Of a stretch of DNA of 64,000 nucleotides, positions 18,630 to 27,186 are shown in pieces. The stretch's first letter is position 1, and each line of letters opens with the position of its first letter. The DNA lies in assembly GCA_036555325.1 (NCBI GenBank), contig DATBLQ010000038.1, positions 38,623 through 102,622 of the forward strand, written 5' to 3'. A program made the position numbers and the translations under genes. Source of the stretch: Aestuariivirgaceae bacterium (GTDB lineage: Bacteria; Pseudomonadota; Alphaproteobacteria; Rhizobiales; Aestuariivirgaceae). The notes under the pieces are model-generated. The model was not told where the DNA came from, did no database searches, and saw only the letters and a program-made list of their open reading frames with translations.

Positions 18630-19751
18630 CTATTCGTCAGAGACAGCCGGCGTCATGTCTCTAACGCCCATCTCACGCAAACAATCACGCACGGCATCGA
18701 CCAGCGCTTGCATGACTTTCGGATCAACCTGGCCGATATTGCCTATCCTGAAGCTCGGTCGCTGAGTGAGTTTTCCGGGATAAATTACGAAACCGCGCGA
18801 TTTCAGCCCATCGTAGAAGCGCTGAAAGTCGAACTTGCGATCGCGGGGGGTAAGGAACGTTTGGATGATCGGACCCGCATCTTCAGGCGCAAGAAGGGTA
18901 TGAAAGCCGAGACGCCGCATACCGGCAATGAGGGTGTCGCGATTTCTCACATAGCGGGCCAGGCGACCGGCAAGCCCGCCCTCCTTATCGTGCTCTTTCA
19001 GTGCTTGGTAAAAGGCAACCAAGGTATGGGTCGGCGGCGTGTAACGAAACTGGCCGGTCTTCTCCATATGTTGCCATTGATCGAACAGATCGAGAGACAA
19101 TGAATGGCATCGATCCTTCGATGCCTTCAGCAAGTCCCACCGGCTCAATACATAAGCGAAACCCGGCACACCCTCGAGACACTTATTGGCCGAGGAAACC
19201 ACCACGTCGATTCCAAGCGCGGCTGTTTCAATCGGTATGGCACCGAATGAGCTCATGGCATCGAGGATCAGAGTGCGGTCGTGTTTCTTGACAGCGGTAG
19301 CTATGTCCCGCATCGGATTGACCAGACCGGAGGTCGTTTCACAGTGAACAAGAAAAACCATCGATATGCCTGGATCATCCTCCAGCGCGTGTTCAATATC
19401 TGCTAGCTTTGGCCTTTCGTCGTCGGCATATCGCAGCACGACGTGCGGTCGGTTCAACCGCTCCATGATCTTGATGGCACGCTCTCCATAGGCGCCATTG
19501 CTGATCATCAGCAGCTTGCGTCTGCCGATCGGGGCAAAACCTCCCAGAGCTGCTTCAATTGCGAAGGTTCCGGAACCTTGCATGAGCACACAGGTGTAAT
19601 TCTCATCGCAACCAGCCAACTTCAAAAGGCGACGGCGGATATCGGATACGATAAATTTCAGTTCCTGGTCCCAGGAGCCCCAATCAGCCAACATGGCGAA
19701 CTTGACCCCGCGGGAGGTGGTGAGCGGCCCAGGAGTAAGAAGATAGGGCAT
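18630..19751 (-). CDS. phnW: 2-aminoethylphosphonate--pyruvate transaminase
   Basis: N-terminus MPYLLTPGPLTTSRGVKFAMLADWGSWD and a class-V aminotransferase body (SSANKCLEGVPG PLP-lysine region). An alternative upstream ATG at 19811 adds 20 aa that are probably not conserved. Confidence 0.9.
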   Translation of the reverse strand: MPYLLTPGPLTTSRGVKFAMLADWGSWDQELKFIVSDIRRRLLKLAGCDENYTCVLMQGSGTFAIEAALGGFAPIGRRKLLMISNGAYGERAIKIMERLNRPHVVLRYADDERPKLADIEHALEDDPGISMVFLVHCETTSGLVNPMRDIATAVKKHDRTLILDAMSSFGAIPIETAALGIDVVVSSANKCLEGVPGFAYVLSRWDLLKASKDRCHSLSLDLFDQWQHMEKTGQFRYTPPTHTLVAFYQALKEHDKEGGLAGRLARYVRNRDTLIAGMRRLGFHTLLAPEDAGPIIQTFLTPRDRKFDFQRFYDGLKSRGFVIYPGKLTQRPSFRIGNIGQVDPKVMQALVDAVRDCLREMGVRDMTPAVSDE

Positions 19752-19852
19752 ATCTTCCTGGCCTTCGGGGCCGGTAACTTTGCGCTTAGGTGGCCGAACG
19801 ACTACAACCATTGGTTTTTCCGATTCGAAACTCCATATGCGGTTTCCGGACT

Positions 19853-19890
19853 TTATAAGTCAAATCGGTTCTGATTATGTATTATATAAG
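19853..19890. promoter_or_regulatory. AT-rich candidate LysR-binding region between phnW and the LysR gene
   Basis: TTATAAGTCAAATCGGTTCTGATTATGTATTATATAAG contains an imperfect dyad (ATAAGTCA...TGATTAT) and repeated TATAAG, in the only AT-rich stretch of the divergent spacer. Confidence 0.3.
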
Positions 19891-19904
19891 CTAGGCAGAT
19901 ATAT

Positions 19905-20762
19905 ATGAGTTACGCACAGCTGAAAGCATTCCATGCCGTTGCCGCGAGCGGCGGATTTTCCAAAGCGGCCCACAAACTCAATGTGACTCAACCGGCTCTA
20001 TCCGACCATGTGCGCAAGCTGGAATCAGCCTATGGGGTGGAACTTTTCTCACGTACGAGGCGAAAGGTGGATCTTACCGATCTCGGTCGGCAGCTTTTTG
20101 CTCTCACGGAGCGCCAATTCGAGGCTGAGGCGCAGGCCATCGAACTCCTAAGTCGCGCGCAAGGTCTCAGGCAGGGGCTCATCTCGATTGGCGCGGATGC
20201 GGCTGTCCATGCCTTGCCGCTTATCAAGAGATTCAACGAGCGCTATCCGCGCGTCGAACTCAAGCTGATTACGGGCAATACGGTCCGCCTTATCAACCAG
20301 CTAGAGAAACTGGAGATCGATTTCGCCGTGGTGGCGGAGGTGCCATCTTCGGAGATCTTCTTTGCCTGCAAGGTCCGAGAAGACCCACTTGTGTGCATAC
20401 TGGCGCAAAATCACCCGCTGTCGCGAAGGAAAAAACTTCTGTTTGATGACCTGTTGCAAACCGCACTGGTCCTGCGCGAAAGAGGTTCGGTCACGCGCGC
20501 CCTTTTTGAAGGCGAGGCAAGCAGACGCGGAGCACGGCCCAGACAGGTAATTGAAATTGAGGGCAGGGAAGCCGCAAACGAGGCGGTAGCCCAAGGACTC
20601 GGCGCCGGCATCGTATCGCGCGGAGAGCTGCCGCATGACGAAAGACTGCGCGCAATCGCCGTGGCGGATTGGCGCGAAACAATGCAGGAATGGCTCGTAT
20701 GCCTTAAGGCGCGCGCCGATCTTCATATCATGCGTGCATTCTTGCAGTTGCTGGCATCTTGA
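19905..20762 (+). CDS. LysR-family transcriptional regulator, divergent from phnW (PhnR-like by position)
   Basis: wHTH MSYAQLKAFHAVAASGGFSKAAHKLNVTQPALSDHVRKLE plus a LysR effector domain. Confidence 0.9.
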   Translation: MSYAQLKAFHAVAASGGFSKAAHKLNVTQPALSDHVRKLESAYGVELFSRTRRKVDLTDLGRQLFALTERQFEAEAQAIELLSRAQGLRQGLISIGADAAVHALPLIKRFNERYPRVELKLITGNTVRLINQLEKLEIDFAVVAEVPSSEIFFACKVREDPLVCILAQNHPLSRRKKLLFDDLLQTALVLRERGSVTRALFEGEASRRGARPRQVIEIEGREAANEAVAQGLGAGIVSRGELPHDERLRAIAVADWRETMQEWLVCLKARADLHIMRAFLQLLAS

Positions 20763-20793
20763 GAACAGATCATCGGTTGGCTATCCTCGACCC

Positions 20794-21639
20794 ATGGCAA
20801 ATGCATTCATAGCTGCCTGTGTCCAGAACTCGGCGACCCCCGATATCCATAAGGATATTGCAACTTGTCTGCGGCTGATCGAGCGAGGAGCCGCGGCAGG
20901 AGCGAATTTCATCGCGCTTCCGGAATACTGTGTCGGCCTAAACACCAAGGATGGGCTTCTCTATCCGTTGGCGTTTGAAGAGCGAAAGCACCCCGCCATC
21001 CCCGCCTTTGCGGAAGCGGCCCGCAAATATGGATGCTGGCTGCTCATAGGGTCAATTGCGGTGAAGGCTTCTGACGGACGCATCTTGAACCGTGCGCTCA
21101 TGCTCGACAAAGAGGGCACAATCATCGCGCGCTACGACAAGCTGCACCTGTTCGATGTCAACTTGGGAGAAGGCCAAGTCTACCGCGAGAGCGCCACCAT
21201 CGCTCCCGGCAGCCAAGCCGTGCTGTCGCCTTGCATGGGAAGCGTTATCGGCCTGTCAATTTGCTACGACTTGCGGTTCGCAGCACTTTACCGCGCCTAT
21301 GCGCAGGCCGGGGCGGAGCTGCTGGCGATACCGGCAGCCTTCACGAAGACGACGGGAGAAGCCCACTGGCATGTGCTGAATCGCGCGCGTGCCATCGAAA
21401 CCGGCAGCTTTGTGATCTCTCCATGCCAGTATGGAACGTTGGCGGGGGGCTCCCAGTGCTACGGGCATTCGCTGATCGTCAATCCCTGGGGGCGAATTCT
21501 TGCCGACGGCGGAGACGGCGAGGGTGTGATCACGGCCGACATCGATCTTCGCATGGTGGTTGAAACGCGAAAGCGCATTCCTTCGCTCCTGCATGACCGC
21601 CCGTTCACCCTTGCATCGTTACAGCAAGCGGCGGAGTGA
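20794..21639 (+). CDS. Carbon-nitrogen hydrolase (nitrilase superfamily)
   Basis: Glu-Lys-Cys triad contexts ALPEY, YDKLHLFD and LSICYDLRF. ATG 20794 gives MANAFIAACVQN. The track start at 20635 overlaps the LysR gene. Confidence 0.85.
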   Translation: MANAFIAACVQNSATPDIHKDIATCLRLIERGAAAGANFIALPEYCVGLNTKDGLLYPLAFEERKHPAIPAFAEAARKYGCWLLIGSIAVKASDGRILNRALMLDKEGTIIARYDKLHLFDVNLGEGQVYRESATIAPGSQAVLSPCMGSVIGLSICYDLRFAALYRAYAQAGAELLAIPAAFTKTTGEAHWHVLNRARAIETGSFVISPCQYGTLAGGSQCYGHSLIVNPWGRILADGGDGEGVITADIDLRMVVETRKRIPSLLHDRPFTLASLQQAAE

Positions 21640-21654
21640 TCATGCCGGAGGCAG

Positions 21655-22647
21655 CTATAGAGCACCTACGCCGCCGTACATGAAGCCACATTTCTTCGGG
21701 ACCAGGCGATTGCGCAGGGGCTTTCCGAAAGCCGCCATTTCTATTTCAAACACGTCATCAGGCGCTGTCCTTATTCCGTCGGCGACACTCAGCGTCGCGG
21801 TGCCGAAGAAATGGATGTGCACATCACCCGGGCGGCGAAAAAGATCGTATTTGAAATGGTGGAATTCCAGGTTGGCGATGGCGTGAGACATGTTCGCTTC
21901 ACCGCTTAAGAACGGCTTTTGCCACAACATCTTGCCGTTGCGGATGATGCGGCTTTCCCCGGCAAGATGATCGGGCAGGGGCCCCGGTCTTAGCTCCGGC
22001 CCAATCGAGCAGGCTCTAAGCTTTGAATGGGCGAGAAAGAGGTAGTTCTGCCGTTCCATGATGTGATCGGAATACTCGTTGCCGAGCGCGAAGCCGAGCC
22101 GCCACGGCTGGCCATCCGGGCCTATCACATAAAGACCGGCGATCTCGGGCTCTTCTCCGCCGTCGAGCGCAAATTCGGGTAACGGCAGATCTCCGCCAGG
22201 GTGAACCAGGAATGTGCCATCCCCCTTGTAGAACCACTCCGGTTGCACGCCCTGACCGCCGCCCCGCGGCTTGCCGCCCTTGAGGCCCAGGTTGAACATC
22301 TTGATCGAGTCGGTCTCGTCCCCGGTCGCAGCTGCGGCCTTGCGATGCATCTCATCGCGCGCGGCTGCACTTCCTAGGTGGGTGAGCCCAGTGCCGGTGA
22401 TAAAGCAGTGGGCGGGGTCGGGATGGTTCAAGGGACACCTAACTTCGCCTGCCGCCAGCAAGGAGGAATAGGAGTAGGTTTCCCCGGCCCCGAGCTCCTC
22501 CACGGCCTCTTCGAGTTTCATTCCGTTGCGGATGGCGTACTGCGCAAGCTCGTTCATGCGTGTGACAGTGCGGACGGCGATGGCGCTGTCCTCCTGGATT
22601 TTGGCCACGGCGCCGATGCCGTTTTTCTCAAATTGAATTAGATTCAT
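21655..22647 (-). CDS. Fumarylacetoacetate-hydrolase-family protein (GguC-like)
   Basis: 330 aa starting MNLIQFEKNG, with HPDPAHCFITGTGLTHLGS and a C-terminal FAH-type fold sequence. The subfamily call is from memory only. Confidence 0.7.
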   Translation of the reverse strand: MNLIQFEKNGIGAVAKIQEDSAIAVRTVTRMNELAQYAIRNGMKLEEAVEELGAGETYSYSSLLAAGEVRCPLNHPDPAHCFITGTGLTHLGSAAARDEMHRKAAAATGDETDSIKMFNLGLKGGKPRGGGQGVQPEWFYKGDGTFLVHPGGDLPLPEFALDGGEEPEIAGLYVIGPDGQPWRLGFALGNEYSDHIMERQNYLFLAHSKLRACSIGPELRPGPLPDHLAGESRIIRNGKMLWQKPFLSGEANMSHAIANLEFHHFKYDLFRRPGDVHIHFFGTATLSVADGIRTAPDDVFEIEMAAFGKPLRNRLVPKKCGFMYGGVGAL

Positions 22648-22785
22648 GACATGCCCACCCGCCTGCAGGTTGCGTCTTATTCTTCCAGGAAAATCACCGG
22701 GCGCAAGCACTCCGGTGGCATTTGGCAACTGGCTACGCTACTTTCCTGTGTCCAAGTTTACAATTTTAGATTTCATCATAAACGT

Positions 22786-22794
22786 TGGTATAAT
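22786..22794 (+). promoter_or_regulatory. Extended -10 promoter element (TGGTATAAT)
   Basis: A perfect TATAAT preceded by TGn, inside the most AT-rich stretch of this part of the window and 50 nt upstream of ATG 22844. There is no good -35. Confidence 0.35.
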
Positions 22795-22843
22795 TTTTGA
22801 GTGTAGCACATGGTAGGAAACACTCTGACCGGAGGCATGCGCT

Positions 22844-23047
22844 ATGCTCAAACAATCCTACTCAATGTCTGGTCGCCTTCTTCCTAGTTTGACCCTTCTG
22901 GCGGTCGTCGCCTCGTTGGCGGTTGGATATGCGCTGAATGCCCAAGCGACGGGTTCCGGCACTTCGTCAGGTCAGTCCTCGTCTGACCGGCAGTCGATAA
23001 AAGATTCTGCAAAAAACTCCGGCAATTGGAATAAGACGCCGCGCTAG
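22844..23047 (+). CDS. Small secreted protein (67 aa), function unknown
   Basis: GGAGG lies 8 nt upstream. The signal peptide LLPSLTLLAVVASLAVGYALNAQA is followed by a Ser/Gly-rich mature part of about 31 aa (TGSGTSSGQSSSDRQSIKDSAKNSGNWNKTPR). Confidence 0.5.
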   Translation: MLKQSYSMSGRLLPSLTLLAVVASLAVGYALNAQATGSGTSSGQSSSDRQSIKDSAKNSGNWNKTPR

Positions 23048-23055
23048 AGCGGTCG

Positions 23056-23919
23056 CTAGCTTGTGGCCCTGCCGTTCCTGACATATCCATCGAGCCAGGG
23101 GGTGCGGTAGCCGTCGCTCCGCCAGAGCACGGGAAAATAGCTCTCCTCCATTTCGACAGACCCCATTTTCTTGTAGCGGCTGTAGATATAGCCGACATGA
23201 GTGGGATGGAACCGGGCGTCAGAAGAAATGCAATGCGCGATGACTGCACGGCGAGGCTTGTCGCCCCTGTTGTCACGTGATCCGTGCCATACCCGGCCGT
23301 GATGAAAAACCGCAGATCCGGCCTTTATCTGGATTGGCACGATCTCGTACTTCGTCGCGCTGGCAGCTTCTGCCGCGGGATAGAGGTCGCTCAAGGGATC
23401 GTCGGGTGCATGAAATTGCTTGATGGGCGGGGCGATCGGCCACAGGTGCGAGCCCTGCACATATTCAATGGTCCCCTGGTGGGCCTTGGTATCGTCGAGC
23501 GTGATCCAACAGGTGAGCATTTCCGGAGGTTCAAGCCATTTGTTGTAGCTGTCATCCTGATGAAAGCCCAAGGGCCGCGCACCTGGCGGCTTCCAGATGA
23601 TGTTGTCCTGACCGAGGCGAGCACCCGGCCAGCTGCGAAGTTTGGCCGCCGCTTCGCCAATGTCGGCGCGCAGGGCTATCGAAGCGATGGTGAGATCGGA
23701 CTTCCACGCGTTGCAGATCTGGCGAGTCAGATCCTCGCGGTCGCGGCCCATCCTCCAGTTCCACTCGTCGGGATAAAGGCCAGTCTCAAACTTGCCGGAA
23801 AACAGCGGCTCGAAGCAGTTGCGGGCAGCTTCGACCGTCGAGGCGTCGAGGACGTTGGCGACGGTAACAAATCCATTGCGCTGAAACTCGCCAATCTGGT
23901 CTTCCGTGAGGGAGATCAT
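23056..23919 (-). CDS. Fe(II)/2-oxoglutarate dioxygenase, phytanoyl-CoA dioxygenase (PhyH) family
   Basis: Facial-triad contexts LGFHQDDSY (HxD) and VFHHGRVWHGSRDN. ATG 23919 directly abuts the stop of the upstream EamA gene. Confidence 0.85.
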   Translation of the reverse strand: MISLTEDQIGEFQRNGFVTVANVLDASTVEAARNCFEPLFSGKFETGLYPDEWNWRMGRDREDLTRQICNAWKSDLTIASIALRADIGEAAAKLRSWPGARLGQDNIIWKPPGARPLGFHQDDSYNKWLEPPEMLTCWITLDDTKAHQGTIEYVQGSHLWPIAPPIKQFHAPDDPLSDLYPAAEAASATKYEIVPIQIKAGSAVFHHGRVWHGSRDNRGDKPRRAVIAHCISSDARFHPTHVGYIYSRYKKMGSVEMEESYFPVLWRSDGYRTPWLDGYVRNGRATS

Positions 23920-24782
23920 GCAGTTGCCTGTTCTAGCAGGGTTAGCGCTGCGACGCCGGCAAAAGTTAAAACTATGCCGACCCACCTCAGCGGCGCAACA
24001 CGCTCGCCAAGAAACAGCCAGGCGAGAAGTATTGCAATAACTCCGGCCGCCGATGCCGTGACGATCGCGAGCTCGGGCTGAGGGGTATGGCCGCCGAGAT
24101 TGAGCATTGAAAGGGCAAGCACGTCGAGCCCGCCCATCAGGAGTAGAAATGGCAGCCAGACTGATGGAAAGTGCAAGGGCCTCTCAGCCGCCAACAGAAC
24201 GAGCGCCACGATCGCTGCGCTGCCGCCAATGCGAGACAGCCAAGTTGCGGGAATAGCGCCGTAGATGGTGGCTGCATACTGGCCGATGAAGTTTCCTATG
24301 GCAAAGGCGAAATGCGACAACAGCGCGAAGCCAATGGCGCGAGTGGAGTTGTGAGACGCGAGCTTCTGCTCCTGACCGGTCTTCGCAACCACCACAACTC
24401 CCGCAATCACCAGTGCTGCGCAAAGGATTTGCCACACAGTCGGCGGTCGGCCTGCAAGTGCGCCAAAAATGAGGGACGTAGCGGGGTAAGACATGACGAT
24501 GGGAAGGGCAAGGGAGACAGAGCCGCTGGTCATGGCCGCAAACAACCAAATAGTGGCGACTGCCAACAGGACCCCCGATAAAAGCGGTAACCACATCTGA
24601 GCGGTGGATGCTGAAGGGAAAGTGCCGGCAATCGCGATCCACAGGCTGAGGAGAAACAGCCCAAAAACCGTAACCGCGGCGGCGGTCTTAAGCGCACCAA
24701 TGCGGGAACTCGCCTGCGCTCCGATGACATCATGAACCCCCCAGGCCATCGCGGCGATAAGTCCAAGCAAACCGGGGTTCAT
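23916..24782 (-). CDS. EamA/DMT-family transporter
   Basis: 288 aa, about 10 hydrophobic helices in two EamA-like halves. Confidence 0.85.
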   Translation of the reverse strand: MNPGLLGLIAAMAWGVHDVIGAQASSRIGALKTAAAVTVFGLFLLSLWIAIAGTFPSASTAQMWLPLLSGVLLAVATIWLFAAMTSGSVSLALPIVMSYPATSLIFGALAGRPPTVWQILCAALVIAGVVVVAKTGQEQKLASHNSTRAIGFALLSHFAFAIGNFIGQYAATIYGAIPATWLSRIGGSAAIVALVLLAAERPLHFPSVWLPFLLLMGGLDVLALSMLNLGGHTPQPELAIVTASAAGVIAILLAWLFLGERVAPLRWVGIVLTFAGVAALTLLEQATA

Positions 24783-24821
24783 CTATTGCGACTTTCCGCC
24801 ATGGGCATAGGCTGGAAGCAA

Positions 24822-25568
24822 TCAGGAGTCTTCAGCGCCGAGGAGATCCTGGCGCGCAGTTTCCAGATGTTTCGTGATGCGATCGACGGCAGCCGCCACA
24901 TCGCGGTTGCGGAGGGCGTGATAGATAGCGCGATGCTGCTCATTGTAGGAGCGGATTTTCGCGGGGGACAGAATGACCCGTTTCATTCGCTCCCATTGCG
25001 CTTGAGAACGGACATCGTTGATCTCCTGATAGATGTGCAGGATGAGCGGATTGCGCGAACAGCGGGCAAGCTGAAGGTGAAATTCCGAATCCCAACGGGT
25101 GAACCTGTCCTGGTCGGTCGATGCCGCTTCCAGCTGTTCGAGACAGCTCTCAATGCTGTCGAGGTCCTTTTGGGTCGCATGAATTGTTGCAAGCCTGGTC
25201 ATGTAGGGCTCAACGCCCAGCCGCGTTTCAATAAGCTGAAGCGGGCTGATGAGATCTGCGACATCCCCTGCAGTCGACTGCAGAGGGCCGGCGAAATTGA
25301 CGAATGTGCCGCTGCCGACGCGGCGAACGACAAGCCCCTTCTGTTCGAGCTGATCGAGAGCCTTCCTTATCGTTGAGCGTGCAGTGCCGAGGGCCACGGC
25401 AAGCTGCCGCTCCGGCGGCAGCTGATCCCCATCGGCAAAGACGCCACTCTCAATGGCGTGCCGCAAACGTGCAATGATGGCGTTGGCGCTCTTGGCAGGC
25501 ACGAAACCCAACGCTTCGGCATCGCCGCTATTGCCGAGCTGCTCCTCCAAGGCTTCCTTCACATCCAT
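24822..25568 (-). CDS. GntR-family regulator (FadR/FCD subfamily)
   Basis: wHTH GDQLPPERQLAVALGTARSTIRKALDQLEQKGLVVRRVGSGTFV plus an all-helical FCD domain. ATG 25568 gives MDVKEALEE. Confidence 0.9.
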   Translation of the reverse strand: MDVKEALEEQLGNSGDAEALGFVPAKSANAIIARLRHAIESGVFADGDQLPPERQLAVALGTARSTIRKALDQLEQKGLVVRRVGSGTFVNFAGPLQSTAGDVADLISPLQLIETRLGVEPYMTRLATIHATQKDLDSIESCLEQLEAASTDQDRFTRWDSEFHLQLARCSRNPLILHIYQEINDVRSQAQWERMKRVILSPAKIRSYNEQHRAIYHALRNRDVAAAVDRITKHLETARQDLLGAEDS

Positions 25569-25585
25569 GGCATACCTTTGGACTT

Positions 25586-25615
25586 GAATTGGTTTGAAAT
25601 GGGAAAGAATTGGTT
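25586..25615. promoter_or_regulatory. Direct repeat GAATTGGTT x2 (21-bp phasing) in the GntR / flavoprotein divergent spacer
   Basis: GAATTGGTT at 25586-25594 and 25607-25615, i.e. two helical turns apart and 18-47 bp upstream of the GntR start. Confidence 0.3.
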
Positions 25616-25745
25616 GCAATCGGTACGAAAAACGTCGCATTATGCGCCCACTATCCGGGCAGCCGTCAAGCGTTTCAGCCGGACGCACACAGGCAAAGTG
25701 CCGAAGAGCACGCTCGCCCGCCGCGAAGGCAGAGGAAGGTCAGCC

Positions 25746-27092
25746 ATGGCTGCTCCTGCAGGTGTGAAGTACGCGATCATCGGCGCGGGCATTCATGGAC
25801 TGAGCACCGCCTATCATTTGGCGCGGGAGCTGAAATCACGGGGCAAAGGCTCAGGGGCCGACATCCTAGTGGTCGACAAGACGGGGATTGCGGCTGGAGC
25901 CTCGGGAATTGCGTGCGGTGTCGTGCGGAACAACTATTTCCAGCCGGCGATGCGCGAGCTCATGGCGCATTCGGTCGAGGTGTGGGAAAGCGACCCCAAG
26001 GCCTACAGCTACCATCCGGTGGGCTACATGCAGATTTCCCCAGAAGTCATGCACGAAGGGTGTGCTTCGATTTATCAGCAGCAAAGATCCATCGGCTATC
26101 CTTCCACCTTCGTCGAAGGCGAAAAAGACTCGATGCGCTACATGAAGGGGCTGTTCGACGATTGGCAGGCGCAGGGCATCACATCGGTCCTGCATGAGAA
26201 AAAGGGCGGCTACGCGAATAACACTGCATCTATCCACGGTCTTGCGGCGAAGGCCGAGAGGGAAGGCGTGCAGATCACCGCCGGGATCGAGGTAGAGGCG
26301 TTCGAGTTCGGCGGTAACAGTCGTGCTGTGACTGCGCTTCTGACCAACCAGGGCCGCATCGCCTGCGATTATGTGGTGGTCGGGGTCGGCCCCTGGGTCA
26401 ACAGGTTGTGGAACCTGCTCGAGCTGCCGAAGTCAATCTCAATAAAGGGGCGCGACGGGACAGTGCATAGCGGCGTTCGCATGTGGAAATACTGGTGTCT
26501 CGAGGAGGGTACGCTCGGCGTCGATCCCGGTATGCACAAGACGAACGACGGGAAAATGCCGCCCGTCATTCACGTCGACACGGATGCGCCGCTCTATTCC
26601 GATGTCGACGGGAGCCTGATCACCGACACGCTTTGGGGTCTTTATTACAAGCCGGATTTCAATTTCGGCGGGGTGCAAGGGGGTTCATCGCCTTATGTCG
26701 TCGAAGAGGATCCGGATGAAGTTGCGGTCGACCCCTATGGTCCCGACAGTCCGGACTTCATCGTCGGCGACGATTTCATTCGAAACTGGTGCTCGATGCT
26801 TGCTCATTGCCAAAAGCGATTCGAGGGTAAAATCAGCGCCTACAAGCGCGATGAAAGATCGGGCGGCCTCGGCTGCTTCACGCCGGACAGTTTTCCCGTG
26901 TTCGACGAATTCCGGGACAATGTGTTCATCATAGCGGATTCAAATCACGGCTATAAAATGCTCGGTGTCGGCAAGCTGGTCGCGCAGGAACTGGTCGGCG
27001 AGAAATCGCGCCTTCTTGAGCCCTTCAGATTCTCCCGCTTCGCGGAAGGGAAGCTGCATCCGGTTTCCAAGAGCCCGTTTCCTTGGAGTTGA
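25746..27092 (+). CDS. FAD-dependent oxidoreductase, DAO family (sarcosine-oxidase-beta-like)
   Basis: AGAGGAAGG precedes ATG 25746. Motif KYAIIGAGIHGLSTAYHLA and a DAO-type body, 448 aa. The track start at 25458 overlaps the divergent GntR gene. Confidence 0.85.
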   Translation: MAAPAGVKYAIIGAGIHGLSTAYHLARELKSRGKGSGADILVVDKTGIAAGASGIACGVVRNNYFQPAMRELMAHSVEVWESDPKAYSYHPVGYMQISPEVMHEGCASIYQQQRSIGYPSTFVEGEKDSMRYMKGLFDDWQAQGITSVLHEKKGGYANNTASIHGLAAKAEREGVQITAGIEVEAFEFGGNSRAVTALLTNQGRIACDYVVVGVGPWVNRLWNLLELPKSISIKGRDGTVHSGVRMWKYWCLEEGTLGVDPGMHKTNDGKMPPVIHVDTDAPLYSDVDGSLITDTLWGLYYKPDFNFGGVQGGSSPYVVEEDPDEVAVDPYGPDSPDFIVGDDFIRNWCSMLAHCQKRFEGKISAYKRDERSGGLGCFTPDSFPVFDEFRDNVFIIADSNHGYKMLGVGKLVAQELVGEKSRLLEPFRFSRFAEGKLHPVSKSPFPWS

Positions 27093-27186
27093 ACCGGAAA
27101 GGGGAGGGTTGTCTAGGTTGGTTCGGGGTTGGTAGCATCTCAGGTACCGCGAGCAAGAAAGAACAATCAAATTTTAGGGAGAGCAT

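Noticed and set aside
25596-25620. Possible sigma-54 promoter (TGG...TTGCA) upstream of the flavoprotein/GS-like operon
   Set aside because: The GG and GC dinucleotides are not at the required 10-nt spacing (TGGGAAAGAATTGGTTGCA). I kept it only as a direct-repeat observation.
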